DNA of 64,000 bases from contig NC_086097.1 of the NCBI RefSeq assembly GCF_963921235.1, forward strand, positions 99,760,001 through 99,824,000, in the 5' to 3' direction. The first letter of the stretch is position 1, and each line of letters starts with the position of its first letter. The DNA comes from Mobula hypostoma. Its lineage: Eukaryota. Under the pieces are notes generated by a model that saw nothing but the letters and a program-made list of their open reading frames with translations, searched no databases and was not told the origin of the DNA. Position numbers and translations under genes: made by a program. Below, piece after piece: positions 22,224 to 34,010 of this stretch.

Positions 22224-25200
22224 AACCAAAGTTCTTCACGGTATGTTCCTTGCCATGCATGCTTTGCCTGAAAGCTGAGATGGAACTTAGGTGATTACAA
22301 GAAAATGGGAGCATTCAACCTGTGATTTTCACACTGGGTAACCCTTACTGTGCCCGTAGTCCAGAGTGATGGGAGCATAAGAATATGTGGAGATGACAAG
22401 GTCACAGTGAGTTCATGACTACCCACTGAGACATACCTGATTCCAAAGATAAGAAGACATCCATGCAACATTAGGAGGTGGAACGTTCTTCACTAAACTT
22501 GATCTCGCACATGCAAACCAACAGCTCAAGCAAGAAGAAGACCAGGAGCCTCACTACTATTGTAACTCACAAAGGTTTGTTCCAGTATACAAGGCTCCCG
22601 TTGGGCATAAATTCATCTCCAGCAATAGTCCAACATACCATCGAATCCCGCATTAAAGACCTTCCCAGTACAATAGCTTACTGAGATGATTTTCTGAATA
22701 CTTGGTTGACTCTAGAAGAGCACCTGAATAATCTCGATAACACCTCCCAAACGATGCAATTTGGTTTACGACTAAAGCGCAAGAAATGCACCCTCCTGGC
22801 AGACCATGTAGAATGCCTGGTTTTTGCTTGGATTCCAAAGGTATGCATCCGGTCAAAGAAAAGCTTCACCACTCTTGAAGACCCTGAACCAGAGAATATC
22901 CATTAACTTTGCTCCATTTTTGGCATGATCAATCATCACGCCAGTTTTTGCCTCCCAGAGCCACGCTTCTTGCTCCGCTTAACGATCTATTGAAGAAAGG
23001 TGTGAGGCGGCATTGGGAACGGGCAGAGGAACCTGCTGTTCAGAAAACCAAACAAGTGCTAGCTCAATCCCAAGCGTTAGTGTACTTCAGACCTGGGGCA
23101 CCAACAGTTTTGTACTGTGATGTCTCCACGTATGGTGTTGCTGCGCTGCTAACCCAGAATACGAGCGGTGATGCACTTTACGCAGCCTTAACCCAGCCAA
23201 ACCAAACTATGCACAGTGGATAAAGAAGCATGCATAGTTGTTCTTTGGGGTTGTGCGTTTTCACCATTACCTGTACGGCTAACATTTCGAGATTCATACA
23301 GACCACAAGCCATTGCTGGGATTGCATAGTGAGAGCAAGGCCATGCCGCAGATGATGTCACCAAGGACGGGCCGCTCAACAGTACCCGCTAAGTTCCCGG
23401 TAGAAACAGCTACACCGCAGGTGCCTCAAAACCTCTTTCTTTACATCAATATCCTTGTGTATCAGAACTTCCAGGCGAACTAGTACTACTGATAGACTGG
23501 GTCAACGCATCTCCGATCACCACTTCTCAGGTAAAAGAGGAAACTGAGTGAGATGCAATATTGGCACAGGTAAAAAGGCACATGGAAGGTGGCTGTCCAA
23601 CTAATGTGCCTGAAACTGTGCTACCCTATGGCAGAGGTCAAAGTGAGCTTAGCATGTACAATGGTGGTCTACTGTGGGGAAGTTGTATTGTAATTCTTAC
23701 ACAATTACGGTTCCCTATCCTGGAGAGTTACATTGCCCGCATCCAGGAATATGACCTATGAAGGTGCTAGCCTGGAATTACATTCGGTGGTTGACAATTG
23801 ATGAAGGCATTGAGCACATTGTTCGTACATGCGACCCACACCAGCAGTCTCAATCTTTAAACACTCCCGTGCCCATGGTTCCCTGGCATTGCCCAACTCA
23901 TCCCTGGAGAAGTTTACATGTAGACCACGCAGGTCCATTAGATGGTCATATGCTGTTGGTAGTCGTCGATGTGCATTCTATATAGATCGAGGCCAAAGCG
24001 GTGGAGACTTCAACCACCCAGACTACGACCATAAAAATCACGTATACTATTTTGTACGCACGGAATCCCCGATACTGTGGTCTGTGATAATGGTCCCACA
24101 TTTACAAGTAAGGAATTCAAATTATTTTTACAAGACAATGGAGATTGCTTGTAACATACACTCCCAGCACACCCACCTGACCATCAAACTGTATGGCTGA
24201 GAGTTTGTCAAGCAGGGGATACAAACGTCAAATGGTGACATTCACACCAGGATGAACGAGTTTTTGTTTGGGTACTGAATAATCCTACAAATTACCACAG
24301 GTTTCTCTCCATCTCAGCTATTGATGCGCCGCTGGTTGCGTTCCCGATTGGATTTATTGAACCCAGAGCTGGAAGACCGAGTTAACAGACAAAGAACAGG
24401 CAATGAAAATGCGGTACGATTCAAATACAGAACATTGGAAATTTGAGGTGGGAGATCCAGTTTATGTTCGCCTGAACCCTGGGAGTTGAAGGTGGATGAA
24501 AGGAGAAGTTGTGGTGAAAGAGGCTCAGCAAGTTACTTCAGAAATTGAGGCTGTTAGTATACATCGCCGACATCTACCACATCAAGAGACGGTCAAATGA
24601 ATCCCTCATTCCAGAGTGAGCTCACCATAACCTAAAATCCCCGGTTGAAAGCACTGAATCAGGACCAACACTTGATCCTGGGGCTTCCGGATTGCACTGA
24701 TCAGAACAGACCAGAAAAACAGCTAAGTATTATCAAGTTGGTTTTGTATAAAATCTTACAGGTGGAGAGGTGGCTTACCCACCGTGTGACTGTTTGTTGG
24801 TCTGTCATGTGACATATGATTGGTCGAATTTGAGGGCTCGTCTATCTGTCAATTAACGCTTGACATACTAATCCTGTGTGTGCGTGAACATGTTTCCGGG
24901 TGACTACAAGTCAAGCAGACACATTCAGCTACACGGATAAATGTTCTGTTCCAACCTCCGGGTATTTCCTTAGTTCTAACAGTAGAGCACTTGGATGACA
25001 TGGTGTGGCACTAGTTTGTGTTTAACATATCTGGGCAATTTCCCACATTAACTACACTGTGTTGTAACTGTACCACCAGCTTTGCTGGATATGCAGTTAA
25101 TTGTTCCATTAAGTTATCTACTGCTAGCCACTTAAGGGATTGATAACCAGTGACTTCAATTGATTTATTGCCATCTCGGTGGTTCCACCTAGAATTAGTA

Positions 25201-25540
25201 GCTTCCTTGATAACAACGTGTTTGTGTACCTCCATCAATGAACTGTGCCCTCTATAATGTTGATCTGTCTTCCAACATTTCTCAGTATTATTCTATCTGC
25301 TTTCCACCTGCCCATTCTACCAGCCAACAGTTTGAATATTGAGCCCATCACCTTGAATTTAAACAGAGACCAATGTCAGCTGCATTTACATCATAGACCA
25401 TTTTATTTATATATATATATATAAATAAACTATTTTGTAACTTGTCCAAGTGTCTCATTACTGGAACCATTGACAACCATACAAAGTGTGCTGTAACAAC
25501 AAAAACTTAGTCACCCCACCTCTCATTATGGACTCCATCA

Positions 25541-25780
25541 TAGAACCATAGAAACTACAGCACAGAAACAGGCCTTTTGGCCCTTCTTGGCTGTGCCGAA
25601 CCATTTTCTGCCTAGTCCCACTGACCTGCACACGGACTATATCCCTCCATACACCTCCCATCCATATATCTGTCCAATTTATTCTTAAATGTTAAAAAAG
25701 AACCCGCATTTACCACCTCGTCTGGCAGCTCATTCCATACTCCCACTACTCTCTGTGTGAAGAAGCCCCCCCCCCCTAAT
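25541..25780 (-). mobile_element. CR1 LINE 3' end
   Basis: FFTQRVVGVWNELP; reverse complement of 55445-55688. Confidence 0.85.
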
Positions 25781-26139
25781 TGTACCTTATTGCATCCTTG
25801 GTTTAAACATGGACCAGACTTCAAGATAATGAACAGCATTTTACCAAGTGTGATCAGGAGCCCTGAGAAAACTTCAGCCAATGGGTAACAATGGCTTCTT
25901 AATCAAATTCCTCATACAGAGAGATTGTTGTTAGAGGTCAATAATCGCAACATTAAAAAGAACATCACTTCAAGAGGTGCAAGGTAAAATCCTTACCAAA
26001 CTGCCTTGTCTGCTTCTACCCAAGAGAAAGGCTTGATGCAAGAATGTTTACAAGCAATTTGCATTTCCCAGCTATACATATAGTAAAAACTATACAACAC
26101 TTAGGTGAATGGCAAAGTAGTACAACAATGGCTGACAAG

Positions 26140-28040
26140 GGAATCACAAAGTTATTGTAAAAGCAAAAGAAAGGGCATACAACAAAGCAAAAATTTGTGG
26201 GAAGATAGAGGATTAGGAAGTTTTTAAAAACCTACGGAAAGTAACTAGCATTTATTAGAAGGGAAAAGATGAAATATGAAAGCAAGCTAGCAAATATAGT
26301 GGATAGTAAAAAGTTTTTTCCAAGTATGTTGAAAATAAAAGAGAAATGAAAGTGGATATAGGACTGCTAGAAAATGAGGCAGGAGAAATAATAATGGGGG
26401 AACAAGGAGATGGCTGAACTAAATGAGTATTTTGCGTCAGTCTTCACTGTGGCAGACACTAGCAGTATGCCTGATGTAGTGTGTGAAGGAAGAGAAGTGG
26501 GTGCAGTTACTATTACAAGAGAAGTGCTCGAAAATCTGAAAGACCTGAAGGGACATAAGTCACCCAGACCAGAGGAACTGCACCCTAGGTTTCAGAAAGG
26601 GGTAGCATTAGAGATTGTGGTAGCATTAGAAATGATCTTTCAAATATCATTGGACTCTGGCATGGTGTCAGAGGACTGGAAAACTGCAAATGTTACTCCA
26701 CTATTTAAGAAAGGAAATTATAGACCAGTTAGCCTGACCTCAGTGCTTGGGAAGAGGTTAGAGTCAATTGTTAAGGATGAGGTGATGGAGTGCTTGGTGA
26801 CACAGGACAAGATAGTACAGTCAGCATGGTTTCCTTCAGAGAAAATCCTGCCCCACAAACCTGTTGGAATTCTTTGAGATTACAAAGCGGATAGATAAAG
26901 GGGATGCAGTGGATGTTGCATATTTGGACTTTCAGAAGGCCTTTGACAAGGTGCCACACGAGGCTGCTTACCAAGTAAAGCACCCATGGTATTACAAGAA
27001 ATTTACTAACATGGTTAGAGCATTGGCTGACTGGTAGGAGGGAGTGAGTGGGAATAAAAGGATCCTTTCTAGTTGACAGCCAGTGACTAGTGGTGTTCCA
27101 CAGGGGTCAGTTTTGAGACCACTTTTTATGCTGTATATCAATGATTTGGAATAGATGGCTTTGTTGCCAAGTTTGCAGATGACACGAAGATTGGTGGAGG
27201 GACAGGTAGCATTGAGCAAACAGGTAGGATTCAGGACTTAGACGGATTGGGAGAATGGGCAAATGAAATACAATGTTGGAAAATGCATGGTTATGCACTT
27301 TGATAGTAGAAATAAATGTGCAGACTATTTTCTAAACAGGGAGAAAATCCAGGAATCTGAAATGCAGAGGGACTTGGGAGTCCTTGTGCAGAACATCCTG
27401 AAGGTTAACTTGCAGGTTGAGTCGGTGGTGAGGAAGGCAAATGCCATATTAGCATTCATTTCAAGAGGTCTAGAATACAAGAGCAAGGATGATGATGCTG
27501 AGGCTTTAGAAGGCACTGGTGAGGCCTCACTTATGAACAGTTTTCGGCCCCTAATCTTAGGAAAGATGTGCTGGCATTGGAGAGTGTCCAGAGGAGGTTC
27601 ACAAGGATGATTCCAGGAATGAATATCATGAGGAATATTTGATGTCTCTGGGTCTGTACTCGCTGGAATTCAGAAGGATGAGAGGTGGGAATCTTATTGA
27701 AACCTTTTGAATGTTGAAAGGCCCAGGCAGAGTAGATGTGGAAAGGATGTTTCCCACGGTGTGAGAGTCTAGGACAAGAGGGCACAGCCTCAGGATAGTG
27801 GGGAAATAAATGCAGAGCAATTTCTTCAGCAAAAGGGTGGTGAATTTGTTGCCATATGCAGCTGTGGAGGCCAGGTCATTGGGTGTATTTTAAGGCAGAG
27901 ATTGATAGGTTCTTGATTGGACATGACATCAAACGTTATGGGGAGAAGGCGGGAACTGGAGTTGAGAAGGACATAGAAAAAAATGGCGGAGCAGACTTGA
28001 TGGGCCAGAAGGCCTAATTCTGCTCCTATGTCTTATGGAA
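26140..28040 (+). mobile_element. Decayed CR1 LINE ORF2
   Basis: LNEYFASVFT, GNYRPVSLTS, LDFQKAFDKVPH, FADDTK, RDLGVLV motifs and a 3' tail. Confidence 0.92.
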
Positions 28041-28333
28041 TGGTAAGTAGATGGTAACATTCCCACATGTGGATCAAGCAATGACCACCTTCAATGTGAA
28101 TCCAAACCAATGTTCAATATCATTACTGTCACTCAGTCTCACATTCACTATTAATATCTATCAAAATTAGATGATTCTTCCAATGACTTGTTGGAAAAAG
28201 CAGGAAGCCAAACCCCCACCCCCATAAAAAAATCACTGCAGTACTGAGCTGCACTCCCATATTCTGATTCACTCTTAGCAATCCTTCACCCACCATCTCC
28301 CAAGTAATGGCCCGTAGGAAAATTGGAAACAGA

Positions 28334-28339
28334 TTTATT
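28334..28339 (-). terminator. RBM25: Candidate distal RBM25 polyadenylation signal
   Basis: TTTATT at the end of an AT-rich, UTR-like unique block. Proximal alternatives near 30405 and 30592. Confidence 0.5.
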
Positions 28340-28627
28340 TGAGAAGTTAAATGGCATTGTATACAATATTTACAGTTTAAATTGTAATATTTAGCATTAG
28401 TGTAAAATAAAAAAATCCTTTATAGAAAATGTTAGCAATCATCATGTATGCAAATAATTGTTTAAAATCTAGCAATCAAAATTGATCTTTACATCTAAAC
28501 ATGACATGCAAGAATGGAGCTTGAAATAGTATTTTGAAGTTCTGAAGTGAAACCAAATATTTACAGCATATAAAAGGATTCAGTTATACACTAGTGGTTT
28601 GGTATTAAGTAAATTTAGGGTCCAGAG

Positions 28628-30362
28628 CAGTGGTTCCCAAAGTGGGCAATATCGCTGCTCCCCGCTCCCTCCACTTCCAGGGTAATGGGAGTTTCTAAGG
28701 AGGCATGGGGCGGGGGGAGAACTGAGGGATTATATGTATAATTTGCGAAATGAATTATTATAAGCTCAGTACATCATAATTGATTACAATAATCATGTGA
28801 TCACTTCACTTGCTTTCTCTTATACTTTGCTCAAAGCACATTTATAGTTGTTGAAAAGTAGTAACACTTTTTTTGATATACAGTGCCTATAAAAAATATT
28901 TCCCCCTCCCGGTGTAAGTTTTCAGTTTTATTGTTTCATGTGACCTCTAAAACCATTGGCTGCACCAATGATAATTTGGTACGTCATATTAAAGGGGTGA
29001 ATACTTAGGCAATTATTTTGTTTTATATTTGTAATTTAGATCACTTTGTAGAGATCTGTTTTTACTGACATGAAAGTCTTTTTCTGTTTCATCACAGCAA
29101 TTAATAAAATTAAGGACCATGCTCTCAGTTCTCAACTGTTTCAAAAGATTTGTATTGAGAATGTTTCAATGCTCGTTGTTGCACAGAGAAGTCAGATGGC
29201 TCTCAAAAGGAAATTCCCTGAGATGCTTTTAAGCATTTTTTGAATCTGATGTTATTTTAAAAGAAGCATTCACCTCTTCAAAATCAACTCAAGAATATTA
29301 GGCATGGCATTGCTTATTTGTCAGAATTATTCACAAAGTTTAATTAAATTGATCTTCAATTTCACGGAAATGATGTGAATCTTATCAAAGTCAAATCAGT
29401 TGTCTCCATATTTCACTCCAACTTACTGCCTATTATGCTGCTGGTATTTAGGGCTGTAATGAAAGTACTCCATCTGTGGCAGTGTTCAGGGCTTCCTTTA
29501 TCGTGTCAGTAGCTTCCTCTCAGATTTCTGTCCAAGATAACCGCAAGTAAGTGCAACATTGGTCACCGTGACCTTTTCAAATTTCTGAGTGAGTTGTAGC
29601 AGAATGGAAGAATACTAGATGATCTTCAAGTAAACTGTGCCCAACTGGGCAAGCTGCACAAAGACATGTCAGAGAGATTTCAGGATCTTCTCTCAATCCA
29701 AATTCCAGACTGGGTAATAAATCCATTCCTGAAACCATATGAGGAATTAATAGGAAGGACGGTGAAAGAACTGATCTTGCTACAAAATGATTTTGAACAG
29801 AAGCAGAGGTACAAAAAAAAATACTTGTAGACTTTGGGCTGCAGAAAGAAATCTCTGAACGCTCTCCTGCACTGTGGAAAAGGTGAAGATGTTCTTTATT
29901 GCCGTTCCAACATCGTCTTTAGTGGAGCACAGTTTCAGTGTAGTCGCCCAACTTCTTTCAAAGCAATGAAATAGGATGCAAATTACTGAACATGGGGATT
30001 TGAGACTCTTTCTTTGTGAGATTTAACCAGATGTTGAACTGATTTCCTAGAATCATCCATCCCACTGAATGGTGAAAACATAACAAGTAATGAATAGATG
30101 AACTACTAATATATACTCTAAAATTGCTGATGAAAATTGTCTTTACTGTTAAGTGACTTTATTTGTTTTAAACAGATTTGAATTTAGTTTTTGCAATTAT
30201 TTGACACCATTTTGAATTTGCAGTTCCCATTTTCTTTCTCTGTGTATCATAAATCAAAATTCTTTATAGGTTTTATAAAATGGCTGGAAAGGGAGAGGGG
30301 AGCGCTGGGGATGTGGTCAGGGAACCAAGAGGGCAGTAACCCAAAGCTGTTTAGGAACACTG
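28628..30362 (+). mobile_element. hAT (Charlie/Buster-type) DNA transposon, internally deleted
   Basis: TIRs CAGTGGTTCCCAAA / TTTAGGAACACTG; 8-bp TSD GTCCAGAG / ATCTAGAG. Transposase remnants EVRWLSKG and FIAVPTSSLVE. Confidence 0.85.
28881..29100. mobile_element. Tc1-derived short element nested in the hAT
   Basis: TA-CAGTGCCTATAAAAA terminus shared with the Tc1 at 53292. Confidence 0.65.
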
Positions 30363-31414
30363 ATCTAGAGTCTCACTTTCCATAAAAAAAACTGGCCTCA
30401 ATTATTTATTTGTAGAATGTCGTCAATACCTCCTTTTCTAGAATTATGCATCTCTGGATACAGTGAACCAAGACAAGAACGACCCAAACAAACAGCATTC
30501 CTTTAATGGGCCAAAGGTTGCATTTCCAAGCTAACCATCAAGCCTCCATAATACAGCTTAAACACACACCCTTGAAAAAGCTCATTGTAGTTTATTAAAA
30601 CTTCACCCCAAAGAAACTATGAGACTGACAAATGAAAAACAGAGCTTGCCCCTTGTACTTGCAATATCTGACAGCAGCTTGCTTGTTGAACCTGCATCAA
30701 AAATAATTTTGACTATATAAAAAATGATAAATGTAAAATTACAAAGATTTGATTTCAAAACATTAAATTAAACCGATGTTGGCAACTAAAGGGGATACAG
30801 ATCTCTTTAAAAAGTCAACTAAGACATTCTCAAACTTTATTTATTTATTTCAAAAACATTTAAACCCTATTCTGTCACCTGCTGGAAATGCAAACATTTT
30901 AAATGCAACATTTAAATATTTTCATAATGTTGATGAGAAAACAACTCTGTATCTTTCAAAGTTCTTTCCCCCTCAAAATTACTAATTTCGAAACAATAAA
31001 TGTATAAACATCTTATTTCTAAACCTGCTCCTCCATATCACAGGGACAACCCGGATATTAAGTGCAAATATTTTGCATCGGTGCAACATAACCTTCTATA
31101 AATGTAACACCGAGAGGTTATGAACAAGTCAGTGTGTCGATAATGAAAATACACAGCAGAAGAAATCAGTTTATAAAAAATAACCCAGTCATTTATCTCA
31201 GTTGGTGAAATGAAGAACCAATGTTGGCAGATTGTATTAACTGTACATCTTTTAAGGACATAGCAACCAAATGATGGGGTGAAGGAGAGAAGAAAAAATG
31301 GACTTCACATTATCTCTACAATAAAAAATACAAGCTTCACAAGTGCCTCTGAGGACAGATGAAAGTTACAGTTTTAAACATTTTCCCAAAGACGTTTCCT
31401 ATGGATATGACAAT

Positions 31415-31507
31415 CTATTTAACAAGTCCTATCTTTTTAGCTTCTGTTTCATATATCAATAACCGCCACATCTTCACTATGAAGACTTCTGCTTCTTCAT
31501 CCAGTAC
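31415..31507 (-). CDS. RBM25: RBM25 last coding exon (PWI C-terminus)
   Basis: CAG acceptor; VLDEEAEVFIVKMWRLLIYETEAKKIGLVK then TAG. Confidence 0.96.
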   Translation of the reverse strand, partial: VLDEEAEVFIVKMWRLLIYETEAKKIGLVK

Positions 31508-33579
31508 CTGGAGAGACAAATAACATTTAGTTTAATATAATCAAAGTTGATTTTACAATTGTTCCCTGTAATTCTCTGGTTTCCTCTCAAACTTGGGCAA
31601 GAAGACAGTTACCGTCTTTCCACTGCATTCTGGAGAACTCTCATCATGCAGCAAGAGCACAGAATGAGACAAGGATGACCTCTTAAAAACTAGTAACTTA
31701 TTATAACAAGCTGAGAGACCATGCAGCTCCCAAACAGAGGAATCTCACCTATTCCAAAACCCATCTCCTATAGCTCAATTCCCCCTTTGATTTGAATGCC
31801 ACATACCCACAAAGGCGATTTGAAGTGGCCAACTTACCTACCAGCATGCCTTTGAGAGAAGAGAGGATATCGGGAGTACCAGAGGGAACATACAAATTCT
31901 GTACCCAGAGAGTACCCCAAGTCCAAGTCACACCAGGAGCTGAGTTAACAACATTAATTATTGTTAAACTATGCGCTCTTGTACATAAAAGGCTGTAACT
32001 AAGCACCACCGATTCTTTTATATAACTACATCAGGGGTAATCTCCGACCTTCCACATAAGCAGCCACACTGATGCCTATTTAGATAAACACCAGATGTAA
32101 AATTTGCTTCAAGTATTCCTTTAAAACATATGACACATTGGACAGGATAACATTTACAAGTATAATATTTTGAGTAGGCTTAAAATAAAACAAATTTACA
32201 GTTGATACCACTTGAACCTCCAAAGAAGCAAAGGTAATTTCAATTTTGGCCAAGAGATAGTGGAATCTGCAATAATATCCCAGTAGCATTTCACTACAGC
32301 TTTTACTGTGAGCCACTGGCTGCTCAAATTGCTTTGATCAGTTTTGTGCAGTGTAAATTCATCATTGTCTTCAAAACAATCATTAAATTGAAGCCATTAT
32401 TATCCAAACAGGTTTTTGAAATAAATAATAAAAATCTCCCACCTTTCAATGTTACATACAGGCCTGATGTACATTACCATTAGTGTCTTTAATAAAGACT
32501 AATTCAGTGCCACGTGGTATACTAGCCCCTGCTCATGCTGCTCTATTACCAGACTGAAAAGATAAGAGTGACAATCCTTTTTAAGTGACTTATTCATACC
32601 AATAACCAACTCAATAAAACTTAATAAGATAAGCAGTATTTTGTGATGGTTGAAAAAAATTGCACATCTGCTAAAAATAACACCATCATGCACAAAAATA
32701 TGCTTAAAAGCTAGCTGTTAGCACTAACCCTCAAATTAGTGGAATAAATGTTTATTAAGATCATGTAGCATGAAATATGATGAATTAGTGTCTGAGAGGC
32801 AGAGTTCTCCACGGTTTTCCCTACTCTGTCTCTGCTGTGATGTTGTGTTGATTTTATTGCAGATACAATCCAAGTGGTATACGATACTACCTATGTACCA
32901 TGAACCATTGCCCTCCCTTACATTCTTTTACCCTCCTGACATTATCCCACCTCTCCATCATTCAACCCAACTACACTACCATACAGGTAGTTTTACACCT
33001 GGTGGACCTCTGACTGAATGACAGTTGTAGACACAATATATTGTTTAGAGGAAAGGTTTCTGGTCCTTATAGATGTATATGAAGACCTCAGTCTCGGAAA
33101 GTGCAGTTCTCTGTGGTATGAGCAAACCTACATGATGATGGGACACAGGGCAAGGTCCTTTGTCCCTCTGATTGTAGTGTTAACTGTGGTAAGAATAACA
33201 GTAACTCCCTCTGCCAAAGCCGTGCCTTCTCTGCCTCACCTCACCTACCCCAGCCATTCTTGGAAGTCAGCTGCCCGGTGGTAAGAAACAGTGTGCAGCT
33301 GTGAACTGAGACAACAAACATTTGGTTTTCTGGGACTGTAAATACAGATCCACTTTACAGAGGAATTGCCTTTATCTGCATTGAGGGAAAACCTCGGCTC
33401 AATGCTATCATATCCAGTGACCACTAACTCACCTACCTTAAATATTCCAATGTGTTCTGAAGCGGCAATACTTTTAATGATGGGGACAGTATTTATTTAC
33501 ATCAACTCTATTTAATTGCAATGCAATTTTTGTGATTTTCACGTCATTTAGTTACTGCCTTGCTCAAAGAATTTTGTCA

Positions 33580-34010
33580 CGAGTATTAGAGCGTTAGCAA
33601 TAAGGAGGTTAGACAAATTTGGAATGTCTTCTCTGGAGTGTTGAAGGCTCAAGGACGATTGAAAGTAGTATATAATATAAGCAGTATAGCCAGGATATAT
33701 GGTCAGAATCTTATCCCCCAGTATAGAATTGTCAAATACCAAAGGGCATATATTTAAGGGGAAAAGGGGGAAGTTTAAAGATGATGTACGGGTTGCTTAT
33801 TTTAAGAATTATAGGTGTCTGGAATGGGCTGCCAGGTGCAGCGGTGGAAGCAACAATATAGTGGTGTTTACGGGCATATAGAGGCATATAAACCTGCAGT
33901 GAATGGAGAGATGGGGATCATCTGCAGACAGATGGGCTTCATTTAAATTTGGCATCAATGCTGGAAATGACATCGTAGACTGAAGGGTCTGTTCATTTGC
34001 TGTACTATTG
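33580..34010 (+). mobile_element. Old CR1 LINE 3' fragment
   Basis: Decayed ORF2 C-terminus and tail, similar to other CR1 copies here. Confidence 0.6.

Larger units (their letters stand above)
17999..25000 (+). mobile_element. Decayed Ty3/Gypsy LTR retrotransposon with three nested insertions
   Basis: 5' LTR remnant 17999-18050 aligns with 3' LTR 24771-25000 (GGTCTGTCATGTGAC; GTGACTAC.AGTC.AGC). PPT GGTGGAGAGG. Gag from 19243 with CYHCG knuckle; protease FELDSGC (about 21355); RT THKGLFQYTRLPLGINSSP; integrase PWRSLHVDHAGP. Confidence 0.85.

Noticed and set aside
32280..32320. VAHSKS resembling the RBM25 VMAHSS exon
   Set aside because: Very short similarity and no suitable splice sites; the true exon is at 37390-37437.
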